From: a virus
IMG/VR virus record: IMGVR_UViG_3300001679_000053
Span: 1-64,000 of that record
Length of the DNA stretch: 64,000 bases
Strand: one strand, 5' to 3'
Part shown: positions 22,997 through 32,160 of the stretch, piece by piece
How positions within the stretch are numbered: the first letter of the stretch is position 1
Layout: the number at the start of each line of letters is the position of its first letter
The notes under the pieces: model-generated
What the model was told of the DNA's origin: nothing
Database searches by the model: none
The model's input: the letters and a program-made list of their open reading frames with translations, nothing else
Program-made: the position numbers and the translations under genes

Positions 22997-24073
22997 TTAA
23001 AAAGGCTTAACCTTGTTGTATTCAACCGATACCATATGCTGATTGCCTGGCATAGTGTGAACAGTTGTCCATGTTTCCCCAAGATCTGTTGATATGTTAA
23101 TATACCCCTCTCTACCGGTAGCGATGACGCTCGTGCCGTCTGATGCCAGCGAGTAGGCATTGTTATTAGTGGATGTGCTCCCTCCGTAGTTAGTAAGACT
23201 TGTTACTTGAACCCAAGATGCTGCATTATCAGTGCTCTTCCACATCTTCCTTCTCCCACCACCAACCATCCATGTACTGCCGGTGATATGGGCTATTGAA
23301 TCTCCGGTTTTAGTGGTTGGGGGGTCTACTTGTGTCCAAGTGTCTGTGATATTACTTTCTGCTACTGAGGTACAAACGTTAATTGTTTTGCTTTTCTCGG
23401 TGGCTACCCATGCGCCGTTCGCGTATTCCAAACCAATGTGTTGGTCGCTTCCAAGATCAGCAGACTTATACCAGTTAATGCCGTCATCAAAAGACTTCAA
23501 AATGACGCCAAGTGTTCCCATACCTGCTAGCCATACACCTTCCCCATTTGTCGCTAAAGAATCTGTCGCCTTGGGCGCATTGCCCGGAATGTTACCAATA
23601 GTTGAATTAACCCAGGTAATTCCGTAGTCCGTAGAGCGACGTATTGAGTAGTTCTCATGTTCTCTGCCCATTATTATTGTTCCGTTGACACTATACTCTA
23701 TTGCGGTGCCGCCGCCAGTACCGGGAGGATTGACTGTCGACCACGAATCGGCATCTGTAACATCTGTGGTATAGGCAAACCCTTTCGAGTCGGTAGTTGA
23801 ACACCCATACCATGCGTCCGTGCCGCTAGAGTTCTTGCCAAATGTAAGATCTTTAAGGGCGGATACTCCGGTCATGGTAAGGTCTGTCCAGTCTGTGCCG
23901 TTTGTTGAGTAGGCGAGTTTATTACTTCCAACTGCAACCCACAGAGGGCTGTGCTCTGCTGGTGCGGCTTCTCCGGCGGCTAGTCCATTTATCTTATCAA
24001 TATCTGTGTCGTCAACATTTTGAACTTTGCTGATATCGGAGAATAAGATTCCGTTGACTTTGTTGATTGCCAT
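22997..24073 (-). CDS. BNR/Asp-box beta-propeller protein (probable virion appendage)
   Basis: RSTDYGITW, KSFDDGINW, KSTDNAASW, ISTDLGETW. Confidence 0.75.
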   Translation of the reverse strand: MAINKVNGILFSDISKVQNVDDTDIDKINGLAAGEAAPAEHSPLWVAVGSNKLAYSTNGTDWTDLTMTGVSALKDLTFGKNSSGTDAWYGCSTTDSKGFAYTTDVTDADSWSTVNPPGTGGGTAIEYSVNGTIIMGREHENYSIRRSTDYGITWVNSTIGNIPGNAPKATDSLATNGEGVWLAGMGTLGVILKSFDDGINWYKSADLGSDQHIGLEYANGAWVATEKSKTINVCTSVAESNITDTWTQVDPPTTKTGDSIAHITGSTWMVGGGRRKMWKSTDNAASWVQVTSLTNYGGSTSTNNNAYSLASDGTSVIATGREGYINISTDLGETWTTVHTMPGNQHMVSVEYNKVKPF

Positions 24074-24516
24074 TACGACAACTCTATTGTTGTGGCGCTC
24101 GGGTTAAAATAAATGACGTTGGCGGTGTCTGTGCAGTAACCCACGCACCTAACAACATCGCCGGCGCCTGCAGGTTGAGTTGTGTCCATGGATGCAGCGG
24201 TGGCGGAAAGATATACAGGCAGACCTGATATGAAGTTTGAGAGATAGGTTGCCGCATCAAAAAACCCACGCAGAAGAAGTCCGTCAGCGGGGGCAGCCCC
24301 CAGAGCGATCCCAAGCAATCCATCACTTGAAGCAATGGCATCTGCGTCTGTTTCGGTCCAGGCTCCCCCAGAGGAAAGATAGTATATCTTGCCTGACGTC
24401 AAGTTACCCGTCCCAAATGTAACCACATCACCACCACCGGTATCATTTGTAAGGGTTGTGGGGTCTGGGCCCATTTCTTCGAAGGTGTGGGTTTCGCGTG
24501 TGAATTTATAACTCAT
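24073..24516 (-). CDS. probable virion structural protein
   Basis: Gly/Ala/Thr-rich; GLLGIALG...GLPVYLS...YFNPS. Confidence 0.65.
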   Translation of the reverse strand: MSYKFTRETHTFEEMGPDPTTLTNDTGGGDVVTFGTGNLTSGKIYYLSSGGAWTETDADAIASSDGLLGIALGAAPADGLLLRGFFDAATYLSNFISGLPVYLSATAASMDTTQPAGAGDVVRCVGYCTDTANVIYFNPSATTIELS

Positions 24517-24521
24517 CTATA

Positions 24522-24863
24522 CTATCCTCCCTCGTAAGTATTCTGTTCGCCATCCTCAAAAGTGATGATAGTTTTGTTGGTTGGGTGAGGTTTAACGTGC
24601 ACCTTCAAAAAATCATCTAACGAATCAAAAATAGCAATGCCGCCGCGTGGGGGCGGAAACAGCCAATGGATGATACAGTGGCCAGAGGCCAACGACACCC
24701 CTTCGATTACAACACCTTCGCCTGATACTCCGGTTTCGTCACTCTGGCGACACACGGTAAAGGTTCTTATTCCTCTCGGCGCCAGGCGAGGGGGTGGTTT
24801 GGGCTTTAGATCCTCTGGCTCAGTAGCCAACTCTAAATGGGTTATATCTGGTTCAGTGGTCAT
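24522..24863 (-). CDS. hypothetical phage protein
   Basis: RTFTVCRQSDETGVSGEGVVIEG; start at MTTEPD after AGGAG. Confidence 0.75.
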   Translation of the reverse strand: MTTEPDITHLELATEPEDLKPKPPPRLAPRGIRTFTVCRQSDETGVSGEGVVIEGVSLASGHCIIHWLFPPPRGGIAIFDSLDDFLKVHVKPHPTNKTIITFEDGEQNTYEGG

Positions 24864-25047
24864 CGGTATTTTCTCCTGTGGTAAATAACTCATACTCTGT
24901 CTGTAATTGGGCCAAGTCATCGGGATTTAAGATTTGTTCCTTTAATCGTAATAGCGTTTCTTTAACATCGCGCATATCGCGATCTAGTTTTTCCATTTTT
25001 TCAAAGAGTGCTTTAAACACACACTTTTCATCTTTTGCAGTTTTCAT
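24853..25047 (-). CDS. small coiled-coil protein
   Basis: 64-aa ORF. Confidence 0.6.
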   Translation of the reverse strand: MKTAKDEKCVFKALFEKMEKLDRDMRDVKETLLRLKEQILNPDDLAQLQTEYELFTTGENTDDH

Positions 25048-25059
25048 TGTTATTATACC

Positions 25060-25836
25060 TTATTCGTAAAACTCTTTAAAGAGCGGAGACCAATTAATAT
25101 TTTTGGAGGAGCCCACCATTACAACATTTTCCAAGACCTGAACCCCGTCCTCTGTTTTTCCTACATCTAGCGCGATGACGTATCCTATAAGTTTTGCATC
25201 CTCGTTAAAAACGCCAGAACCAGAGGCGCCCATCCAGGCGTATGAAAGTATATAGATATTTTTGCTCCCGAAAGCATCATAGCCCATAATGTGCCCCCTC
25301 ACCGTGAAAGGTCCCATCGCATTTGGGAACCCTGTGTAATAGACGTTTGCCAAGACAGATGAGTGGCGCCCCGAGGACGATTGAATTAAAGGGGTGTCAA
25401 GAATAATACTGATGGGGTGGCGCGAAAAAATCTTTTCAACCTCCATGATTGCGTAGTCGTGGAGCGAATCTACGGTAATATATTTAATACAATCGTAATA
25501 CACATCCTCAACGATAATCTTTGTAAGCTCACAGGGGCCGGCGATGCCGTGCATAACCGTAAGCACGTAATAACGCCCCATCACCGTCACGTAAGTGCCA
25601 CTCATGCTGGACATACCACTCCCATCCGAAGTCATTGACACAATACGAACAGCGCTCATTCGTGAGGTTGACGCTGCCCTTTTTTCTTTATAGGATAGGT
25701 CGTTACTCATGCCCATATCGGATTTAGATATTCTTAAATCTTCATTTATAGATTGAATGGATAGCAATACCAACAAGGCAAGGATGCCTAGGGCGACTAG
25801 GGCACCTAATGCTTTCTTTATAACGCCTTTCGACAC
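25060..25836 (-). CDS. membrane-anchored trypsin-like serine protease
   Basis: N-terminal TM; VLTVMH, DYAI, GASGSGVF. Confidence 0.85.
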   Translation of the reverse strand: MSKGVIKKALGALVALGILALLVLLSIQSINEDLRISKSDMGMSNDLSYKEKRAASTSRMSAVRIVSMTSDGSGMSSMSGTYVTVMGRYYVLTVMHGIAGPCELTKIIVEDVYYDCIKYITVDSLHDYAIMEVEKIFSRHPISIILDTPLIQSSSGRHSSVLANVYYTGFPNAMGPFTVRGHIMGYDAFGSKNIYILSYAWMGASGSGVFNEDAKLIGYVIALDVGKTEDGVQVLENVVMVGSSKNINWSPLFKEFYE

Positions 25837-28800
25837 TAGACTTGCCTTTGATAACTAATAAATACGGGCAAGTTTTCCAGGCCCGACTTCTTGGCATACC
25901 AAATAAGATCCTCGTTGCCAGTTACGGCTGCTCTGCCATTTTGACCCACCGCTAAATATACAGGCGCTTGTGCACCATTAGCAATAAAGTCTTGGTATCC
26001 ACCATCAAAAATATCCTTGGGTCCACGGAACATTGCGCCCATCAGTCCTATTAATTCTTCAGTCGGCATCATCACGTGGTGGGCACTGTTGCCGTGATCT
26101 GTCGGAACATCATATATTTTAACGCCACCTTCGGACCAATCATCTACAATTGCCTGTAAGGTTGGCCGCGGCGTTTTCATGTTGGGGGAGCTTCCCTGAT
26201 TATTCCTTCCGGCAACTGAGCCTAGCTGTCCCGCTAGCCCGCTGTTGGAACTGGCTGCTCCGAATCCATATTCTTTCAACACTTTAGATTCTCGCACGGT
26301 GCGAATCGTTCCTTTCCGGTTTATTCGATGCATAGATGATATTGTCATTATCTTTAACCCTTTGATCCTTCGCATGCGAGGCAGAAGAATTTCGTCTCTA
26401 TACTCTACTCTGCTCGCCGACCCCAACAATTCAAACTTAATATCATACAACACATATTCAGATGTGGCTGTTATCGAGCGCTTGGTGGCAGCAATTGGGC
26501 GCACTGTGGTTACGGAGTCAACACCTCGAATCTCTGTGGCAGTCTCAGACTCTGAACCGCCATTATCACGATCAATAACACAGCCTATCTTGATGTTATA
26601 GATTCGTAGGTCGTAAGAATCATCGGCTTCGCTCAGCAATCTCTCAATCCTATCAATCTGCTGCTCTGTACTCTCTCCTACAGCCTGCGGCTCTCCCAGC
26701 GTGCCCACCATGGGCTCTTGGGTTGGAACGCCTGCATAGTCCCTCACAGTGGAATCCCACGTACCTAGTTTCGTCATCTGTTCTTTAACTTTCCTTCCCC
26801 AACTCTCTGGGCGTCCGAGGTTATCGTTGTCATCCATCTCAATGTCTCCGTCGCGCGAGAGGTTAAAGTATCCCTCCTTCAGCGGCTTCAAAAACTTGAA
26901 CCAAGCAACCCACTTCTCAACTTCGCCCATCTGATCGAAGTTTTCCTTGATCCACGTAGCAATCATTATTGCCCGCTCTGCCCACGCATCGGATCCCGAA
27001 GCCGCGGCCCCTCCAAAGCGGCTGTCGATATTTTGGATGGCGTTGCTCGCCCATCTGCCTGACATAACATCATTCTTAGTAGCGTCAGCGAGTGCTGCCG
27101 TTCCTTCCATTGCTGAGCGGATTGTTTCCGCTACTGCTTCCTCCACCATATCAGGGTGTTCATTAAAATATTTCACAATGTCTTTGACAACTTCAACTTC
27201 TTCAGGCGATGACTTGCTGCCCACCCCAATCTCATATTTCCAGTTGAGCAACATGGTGGGATATTGCTCCCTCTTTAATGTTGTCTCCGGCATGATGATA
27301 AAGCGTGAGTCCTTCGCTAATACGAGCATAGCGGGTGGAGCCTCATATTCATCGCCAAGGGCTAGCGGCTGCTGCCCTGATGCGGGCGCTTCGGCCGCAG
27401 AGTAAAGTTTCTCTAAGTTTCTCGCCATGTTACGGCTAAGAACATCGTTCTCTATACGAGGTGGGCGCCCCACCGAAGGCGATCCGAACATCTTGCGGTA
27501 TATTCCATCCATGTGTCCTTCTCTCGTTTCATCAAATCCCCACATCTTGATCACATTTGGGACGCTGGTGATGTCACCGCCAGAGTTTAATATTGCAGTG
27601 TCGTCCCTCTTTCCGCGTCTGAACCAAAACTCCAGTCTCGGACCATCTTGCCAGATTTTCCAGTTGTCAAGATCCATCTCGCTCATGCCGGCGCGCTCAC
27701 GATCATACGGAGTCTTGGATGCATACCCTTCTTCTGCTAGTTTGGAGCGTATCTTCTCATGGATCTCTTCGTAAGCATCTTCGAAGTTTTCTTGAACTTG
27801 CTCGCCAAAGTATCGCATGTTTTGTCCAGCTTCATCTTCATTCTCGGCGGCTTCCTGTTCCATGTTGCGAATCGAAATTTCAAGCACCGCGGTCTGTGGG
27901 CCGCGGGCGGCCGGGTCTCCCTCGTATTCGGGAGGATGGACGCCTTCCAACATTCTAACATTCCACTCAACCTCACCTTCACCGGGTAGATCCCACTCGA
28001 CATTCTCTATCTCCATGTCGCTTACAAAATCTCGCGCTTCACTTCCCCAATTGTTAGTGGGGATCCTCTTAAAGCGATCGTCTTCGGTTGTGTCATTCTC
28101 GCTGAGTGTCGCCACATAGTCGCCGGATTCTTCGACAAACCCTTTCCAACCTAGTTCGATCTGTATGTTGCAGTCGCTCGTCATATAAACATATACGCCT
28201 TCGCCGCCGTGGTCATCTGGTCCTTGAACTTCGCCGTCGATCGATGAGTTCTCACCCTCGTACTCGCCGGCAGCCTCATTCACAGCTTCTTGGATGGCTT
28301 CTTCGTCGATGGCGCCGGTGAAACTGACGTCTCGGTTGCGGGCGGCGAGGTAATCATTCAGCTCTTGAAAGCCGCTATAATCGTTTGAGTGTTCGCCTGT
28401 CTCCTGTACCGATGTGATATCCATATTCTTAATGAACCAGTCGATGTGGTCCCACATTTCTTCGGGGGGAGCATCGTTGTTGCGCCCCTTAATCTGATAT
28501 AGGGTGCCACCACCACCATAGGATTCAGCTTCGTAAGTCATCGTGATGTAAGATGAGGAGGCTTTGCGCTTGCTTTGGCGCTTGCGGAGGGATATGAGTG
28601 TGCCGCGAGTGTCGCCGCCACAATGTCCCATGCGCTCGCCTTCAACGGCACAGTTAGATACATTGAGGTTATACCAGTACGAGCCGTCATCAAACTGGTG
28701 GATGACCTGTTCTGGATCTTCTCTGCTGTTTAAATCCTCGACGGCTGTGCGCATAGCTTGGTCGATGCTATCTTCACCCTTGATCATCTCATAGTTGGTT

Positions 28801-29396
28801 GGCTCGTCGTTCAGCCAAGAGAATAGTTCATCATAATTGTTCCACCAGCGGCGAAACTCTGACATTATTGTAGCAGCGAGATGATCTTTAACTACTTCAA
28901 CTTTCTCGGAAGGGACACCAGCCTTACTTAAAGCTTTGACAGCTTTCATAAATGACTTGCGCCAGGCGCCCATGGGCTTGCCGATGGTGTTCTTGACATT
29001 CTGTACAACAAAGACAATCATCTTGTTTCGTTTGACGGTCTCTTCGTCGTACATCTCGCGCTTACGTTGGGGGTCGCCCGTGGAGAAGGGAGTGATTGTG
29101 CGGGCGACAATCTCGCCCATGTCCCCTTGACCCGGTATGATATTCGCTTGAATCTGGTCCCTGAAGTTGTCCTTCATCCAGCGAACCCAGTGATCTTGCG
29201 GGCGTGAGAAATAGGCGCGGTTTAGTTCCCACTGCTTCCACTGATTGCCAGCGTACATCTTTGACTTCTCGGGCGCGTTCGGCATCGCGTTCTCAATAAA
29301 GTCGATGACTTGTTCGGGGAGCCCGATGTCTCGGAGCCCCTCTGTTAAAACTTCTTCTCGAAGATACTCGAACCAATTGCCTGTAGAAATGTCCAT
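25836..29396 (-). CDS. large multidomain protein (PcfJ-like segment; degenerate ParB-like C-terminus), probable virion protein
   Basis: EGERMGHCG..LISLR..YITM..QIKGRNN; acidic; N-terminal LREE/LTE motifs. Confidence 0.75.
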   Translation of the reverse strand: MDISTGNWFEYLREEVLTEGLRDIGLPEQVIDFIENAMPNAPEKSKMYAGNQWKQWELNRAYFSRPQDHWVRWMKDNFRDQIQANIIPGQGDMGEIVARTITPFSTGDPQRKREMYDEETVKRNKMIVFVVQNVKNTIGKPMGAWRKSFMKAVKALSKAGVPSEKVEVVKDHLAATIMSEFRRWWNNYDELFSWLNDEPTNYEMIKGEDSIDQAMRTAVEDLNSREDPEQVIHQFDDGSYWYNLNVSNCAVEGERMGHCGGDTRGTLISLRKRQSKRKASSSYITMTYEAESYGGGGTLYQIKGRNNDAPPEEMWDHIDWFIKNMDITSVQETGEHSNDYSGFQELNDYLAARNRDVSFTGAIDEEAIQEAVNEAAGEYEGENSSIDGEVQGPDDHGGEGVYVYMTSDCNIQIELGWKGFVEESGDYVATLSENDTTEDDRFKRIPTNNWGSEARDFVSDMEIENVEWDLPGEGEVEWNVRMLEGVHPPEYEGDPAARGPQTAVLEISIRNMEQEAAENEDEAGQNMRYFGEQVQENFEDAYEEIHEKIRSKLAEEGYASKTPYDRERAGMSEMDLDNWKIWQDGPRLEFWFRRGKRDDTAILNSGGDITSVPNVIKMWGFDETREGHMDGIYRKMFGSPSVGRPPRIENDVLSRNMARNLEKLYSAAEAPASGQQPLALGDEYEAPPAMLVLAKDSRFIIMPETTLKREQYPTMLLNWKYEIGVGSKSSPEEVEVVKDIVKYFNEHPDMVEEAVAETIRSAMEGTAALADATKNDVMSGRWASNAIQNIDSRFGGAAASGSDAWAERAIMIATWIKENFDQMGEVEKWVAWFKFLKPLKEGYFNLSRDGDIEMDDNDNLGRPESWGRKVKEQMTKLGTWDSTVRDYAGVPTQEPMVGTLGEPQAVGESTEQQIDRIERLLSEADDSYDLRIYNIKIGCVIDRDNGGSESETATEIRGVDSVTTVRPIAATKRSITATSEYVLYDIKFELLGSASRVEYRDEILLPRMRRIKGLKIMTISSMHRINRKGTIRTVRESKVLKEYGFGAASSNSGLAGQLGSVAGRNNQGSSPNMKTPRPTLQAIVDDWSEGGVKIYDVPTDHGNSAHHVMMPTEELIGLMGAMFRGPKDIFDGGYQDFIANGAQAPVYLAVGQNGRAAVTGNEDLIWYAKKSGLENLPVFISYQRQV

Positions 29397-29437
29397 TAAT
29401 TTACCTCGCCTTTATAAATAGTTGTTTTTATCAGTAT

Positions 29438-30196
29438 CTACGCAAAAGGCTCAGTCTTTAATAGTTCTACTGTATCTCGCCACGTTTCTATCTCATGAAC
29501 ACTCCCATTGGGATGCTGTCGGAGCGCGATTGCTAATGAACAGTCGTTACCGGGGAATGGAATGCGATCTCCGACAAATATTATCTTATTATGTTCTAAG
29601 GCTTCGTCAAAATACCTGTCTATAATTTGAGATTTGTCATCTCCCACCTTAAAAATGTCTATGCTAACTGCCCCACCGATAACAAAATCTAAACTGGGGT
29701 AGTGTTTTGTTAGCTTATCGACCAGTTCTTCCCTTTCATGGTGTTCCCCATCGTATGAAACATAGTCTTTGCGTTGTTGCACTGTGGCATTCGCACCAAC
29801 GATTGAAAAGTTTAGCATACCCACTCTTTCTTCATAGTGGCTACCTGTTTTAGTATGGTAGGAGGACTCCTCTACTATTTTGTCTAGCTTTTTATACAGG
29901 CCACGTGGTCTGCGAAATTTATTCTCATAAATAATTTGCCACTCTTCGAAGGCCGACGGGTTAATTTGATCGAGCCTCTGGTAAAAAATATTTCCCATGC
30001 AAGCAAATACACCAGCACATTCTTTTACAATATCCGTACCTAGTTGGTCCAGTATGCGCACAAAGGAACCCCCTGATACAATATATATCTCTTTACCCTT
30101 CGCCCATTTTAAAAAAGTGCACGCAAAGGGGCCATGGATCTTTTCTTTAGGGGGGGTTAGGGTCCCGTCTACATCAAATAAATAAATATTTGACAT
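29438..30196 (-). CDS. HAD-IIB phosphomannomutase (eukaryotic PMM-type)
   Basis: FDVDGTLT, ERVGMLNFSIVG, GGAVSIDIF, FVGD....GND. Confidence 0.85.
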   Translation of the reverse strand: MSNIYLFDVDGTLTPPKEKIHGPFACTFLKWAKGKEIYIVSGGSFVRILDQLGTDIVKECAGVFACMGNIFYQRLDQINPSAFEEWQIIYENKFRRPRGLYKKLDKIVEESSYHTKTGSHYEERVGMLNFSIVGANATVQQRKDYVSYDGEHHEREELVDKLTKHYPSLDFVIGGAVSIDIFKVGDDKSQIIDRYFDEALEHNKIIFVGDRIPFPGNDCSLAIALRQHPNGSVHEIETWRDTVELLKTEPFA

Positions 30197-30199
30197 TTC

Positions 30200-30550
30200 T
30201 TATTTCCAAAACAGTTGAACGGACAGGATGGCAAAAGACAGAGCTACGCAGATCATCGTCTTGGTCGTAAACATTGATTCCCCCAACAGCCACCACGTTA
30301 AAATCGGGAATGTCATGTAAGACATGCCAAAACCGAGAAGCCTCGCCGACCATGCAGCACTAGTTGCCGCAACAGCTATCCGTGTGCCATACCAGAAACA
30401 AAGACTAGCTGGGATCCCAAACACGATGGCCGCAACCAACGGTCGGTTTTCCCACCAATTCCAGATATACTGTGAGTAAAGCTGAAACCATACCAGAGCC
30501 TGGGCCGTAGCAAAGAGGGCACATGCCCGTATTAGTTCAGAAATTTGCAA
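30200..30550 (-). CDS. 4-TM small membrane protein (DMT/SMR-like)
   Basis: Four hydrophobic segments, LLGES. Confidence 0.65.
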   Translation of the reverse strand: MQISELIRACALFATAQALVWFQLYSQYIWNWWENRPLVAAIVFGIPASLCFWYGTRIAVAATSAAWSARLLGFGMSYMTFPILTWWLLGESMFTTKTMICVALSFAILSVQLFWK

Positions 30551-31295
30551 TTACTAAATCCTCGCAGTGGTCGGCACTCTCGGTGACTTTTCCATATTTA
30601 TTGATCATGGCTATGTTGTAGCCATCGTACAATTTAAGAACCTCTTTGTGATATTTGTAAAGCACAAGAGTTTTGTGTTGTAACTCATCTATCGATAGCT
30701 TCGTGTTGGTGTGATTGACAGGAGTTGACTCATACCCATAGCTCTTGCCCTCTTCAAAAAGGTTGTAGTTAAACTTCCCCATGGGAAACACGAGGTATTC
30801 CGGCTTCTCAATATAAGAAGCTCCCGCAAAGAACTCTTCATCTTTATAAAAATTGATTCTCATGTTTTCGAAGGAGCATTGTTTTATTCTATTAAGCATA
30901 ATTGGGCTATACTGTTGAAGGTTCAATTTGCCCGAGGAAACATATCCATCTTCAGAATAGATGTTTAACAGGAAAAAGATGGCGGCGCGTACGTAGTGAT
31001 CTTTCAGTCCGGCCCAGGATTTTTGTAGAAAGGTATAAGAAATAGGGTCGGAGCGCTCCCTAAAATATTCGGCAATCTCGGCTACGCGTTCAGGGTCTTC
31101 CTGCATACAATACCAAAACTCATAGATTACATAGCGATTTGTGTGGCATCGCAATAGCCGGTTAGATTGTGCTAAATCAAACTCAAGCTGGCCGGAATAA
31201 AACAAGAAGGTATCTACAACGCTCTCGGGGGGAATCACTTCTTTAAGATACTCCACACATTTATATGCGGTAGGTTCTTTGATCGGGGAGATCAT
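30537..31295 (-). CDS. degenerate D12-class adenine methylase-like protein
   Basis: Layout parallels Dam (RAAIFFLLN, C-terminal LYDGYNI...DLVIANF) but the FxGGG and DPPY motifs are lost. Confidence 0.55.
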   Translation of the reverse strand: MISPIKEPTAYKCVEYLKEVIPPESVVDTFLFYSGQLEFDLAQSNRLLRCHTNRYVIYEFWYCMQEDPERVAEIAEYFRERSDPISYTFLQKSWAGLKDHYVRAAIFFLLNIYSEDGYVSSGKLNLQQYSPIMLNRIKQCSFENMRINFYKDEEFFAGASYIEKPEYLVFPMGKFNYNLFEEGKSYGYESTPVNHTNTKLSIDELQHKTLVLYKYHKEVLKLYDGYNIAMINKYGKVTESADHCEDLVIANF

Positions 31296-31654
31296 GTTCC
31301 CTCGTCAGCCGCCCTCATATCTTCATGCAGTGGGCTTACATCCGGTGGGCGTGGGCTCTGGTCGACCTGTTCCTGGAGGTTCTCTTGCACTTTAAATGTG
31401 AGATAGCCGTTGATAATTTGCGCTACATCATTCAGCGCATAGTCAATAGCTGCCAAGCGCTTGCGGGCTATATCCACCGTAGAGATTGCATGCAGTGATA
31501 ATGCGTGCTTCTCATCTATGTTCTTCAAATCACTAAACTCTGCTTGTACTGCTGCGTCGGCTATGCTGCTGGCTCGGGCCATTAGCCTAACCACCTCGCC
31601 GGCTAATTCATTTAAATCTATTGAATATTGAATATTTACTCTTTCTTTGTTCAT
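31292..31654 (-). CDS. hypothetical protein
   Basis: 120-aa helical ORF. Confidence 0.7.
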   Translation of the reverse strand: MNKERVNIQYSIDLNELAGEVVRLMARASSIADAAVQAEFSDLKNIDEKHALSLHAISTVDIARKRLAAIDYALNDVAQIINGYLTFKVQENLQEQVDQSPRPPDVSPLHEDMRAADEGT

Positions 31655-31655
31655 T

Positions 31656-31949
31656 TTATCCTCTCAAAAGTGTTTTTTGTTGGTTCAGTGTGCTTTCGAT
31701 AATGGATGGGGCGCCAACTACTACTATCTCAGTGCCGGTGTGTCCGCGATTAATTGTCAGCTTGGTGAACTGATGAGTCCCGTCTAGATCTGCAGGCAGC
31801 GCCCCTTGTTCATTTAACTGACGCATGCGCGCTTCTTCTCTGATCATAACGACGTGCTCAGGATTGACAAACACTTCTCGTAATGTATAATCTTGGTGTG
31901 TAGTGAGTGTGTTATTGTGACACACCTCGGTTAATTTAACTAGGGCCAT
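31656..31949 (-). CDS. hypothetical protein (FlbD-like pattern)
   Basis: LVKLT...VFVNPEHVVMIRE...TKLTI. Confidence 0.6.
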   Translation of the reverse strand: MALVKLTEVCHNNTLTTHQDYTLREVFVNPEHVVMIREEARMRQLNEQGALPADLDGTHQFTKLTINRGHTGTEIVVVGAPSIIESTLNQQKTLLRG

Positions 31950-32160
31950 TATTTTCTCCCATTGGGTATACGTGTCTTTTTTTCACGACTGCTTCTCGGC
32001 CGAGAGCATAGATCGTATAAGTTCCGCTAAGCCAGCCGTTAAGAGTTGTTTCCTCAAGGAATACTCCCACTGTTGGTTTCTCTGTCTTGTCCAGTATTGC
32101 GCTATCAAAACCGAAGAGAGTGACCCCTTGTGGAATATGTACTAAGTCCCCTTGTCGCAT
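31936..32160 (-). CDS. SH3/KOW-like miniprotein
   Basis: MRQGDLVHIP...VGVFL. Confidence 0.65.
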   Translation of the reverse strand: MRQGDLVHIPQGVTLFGFDSAILDKTEKPTVGVFLEETTLNGWLSGTYTIYALGREAVVKKRHVYPMGENNGPS

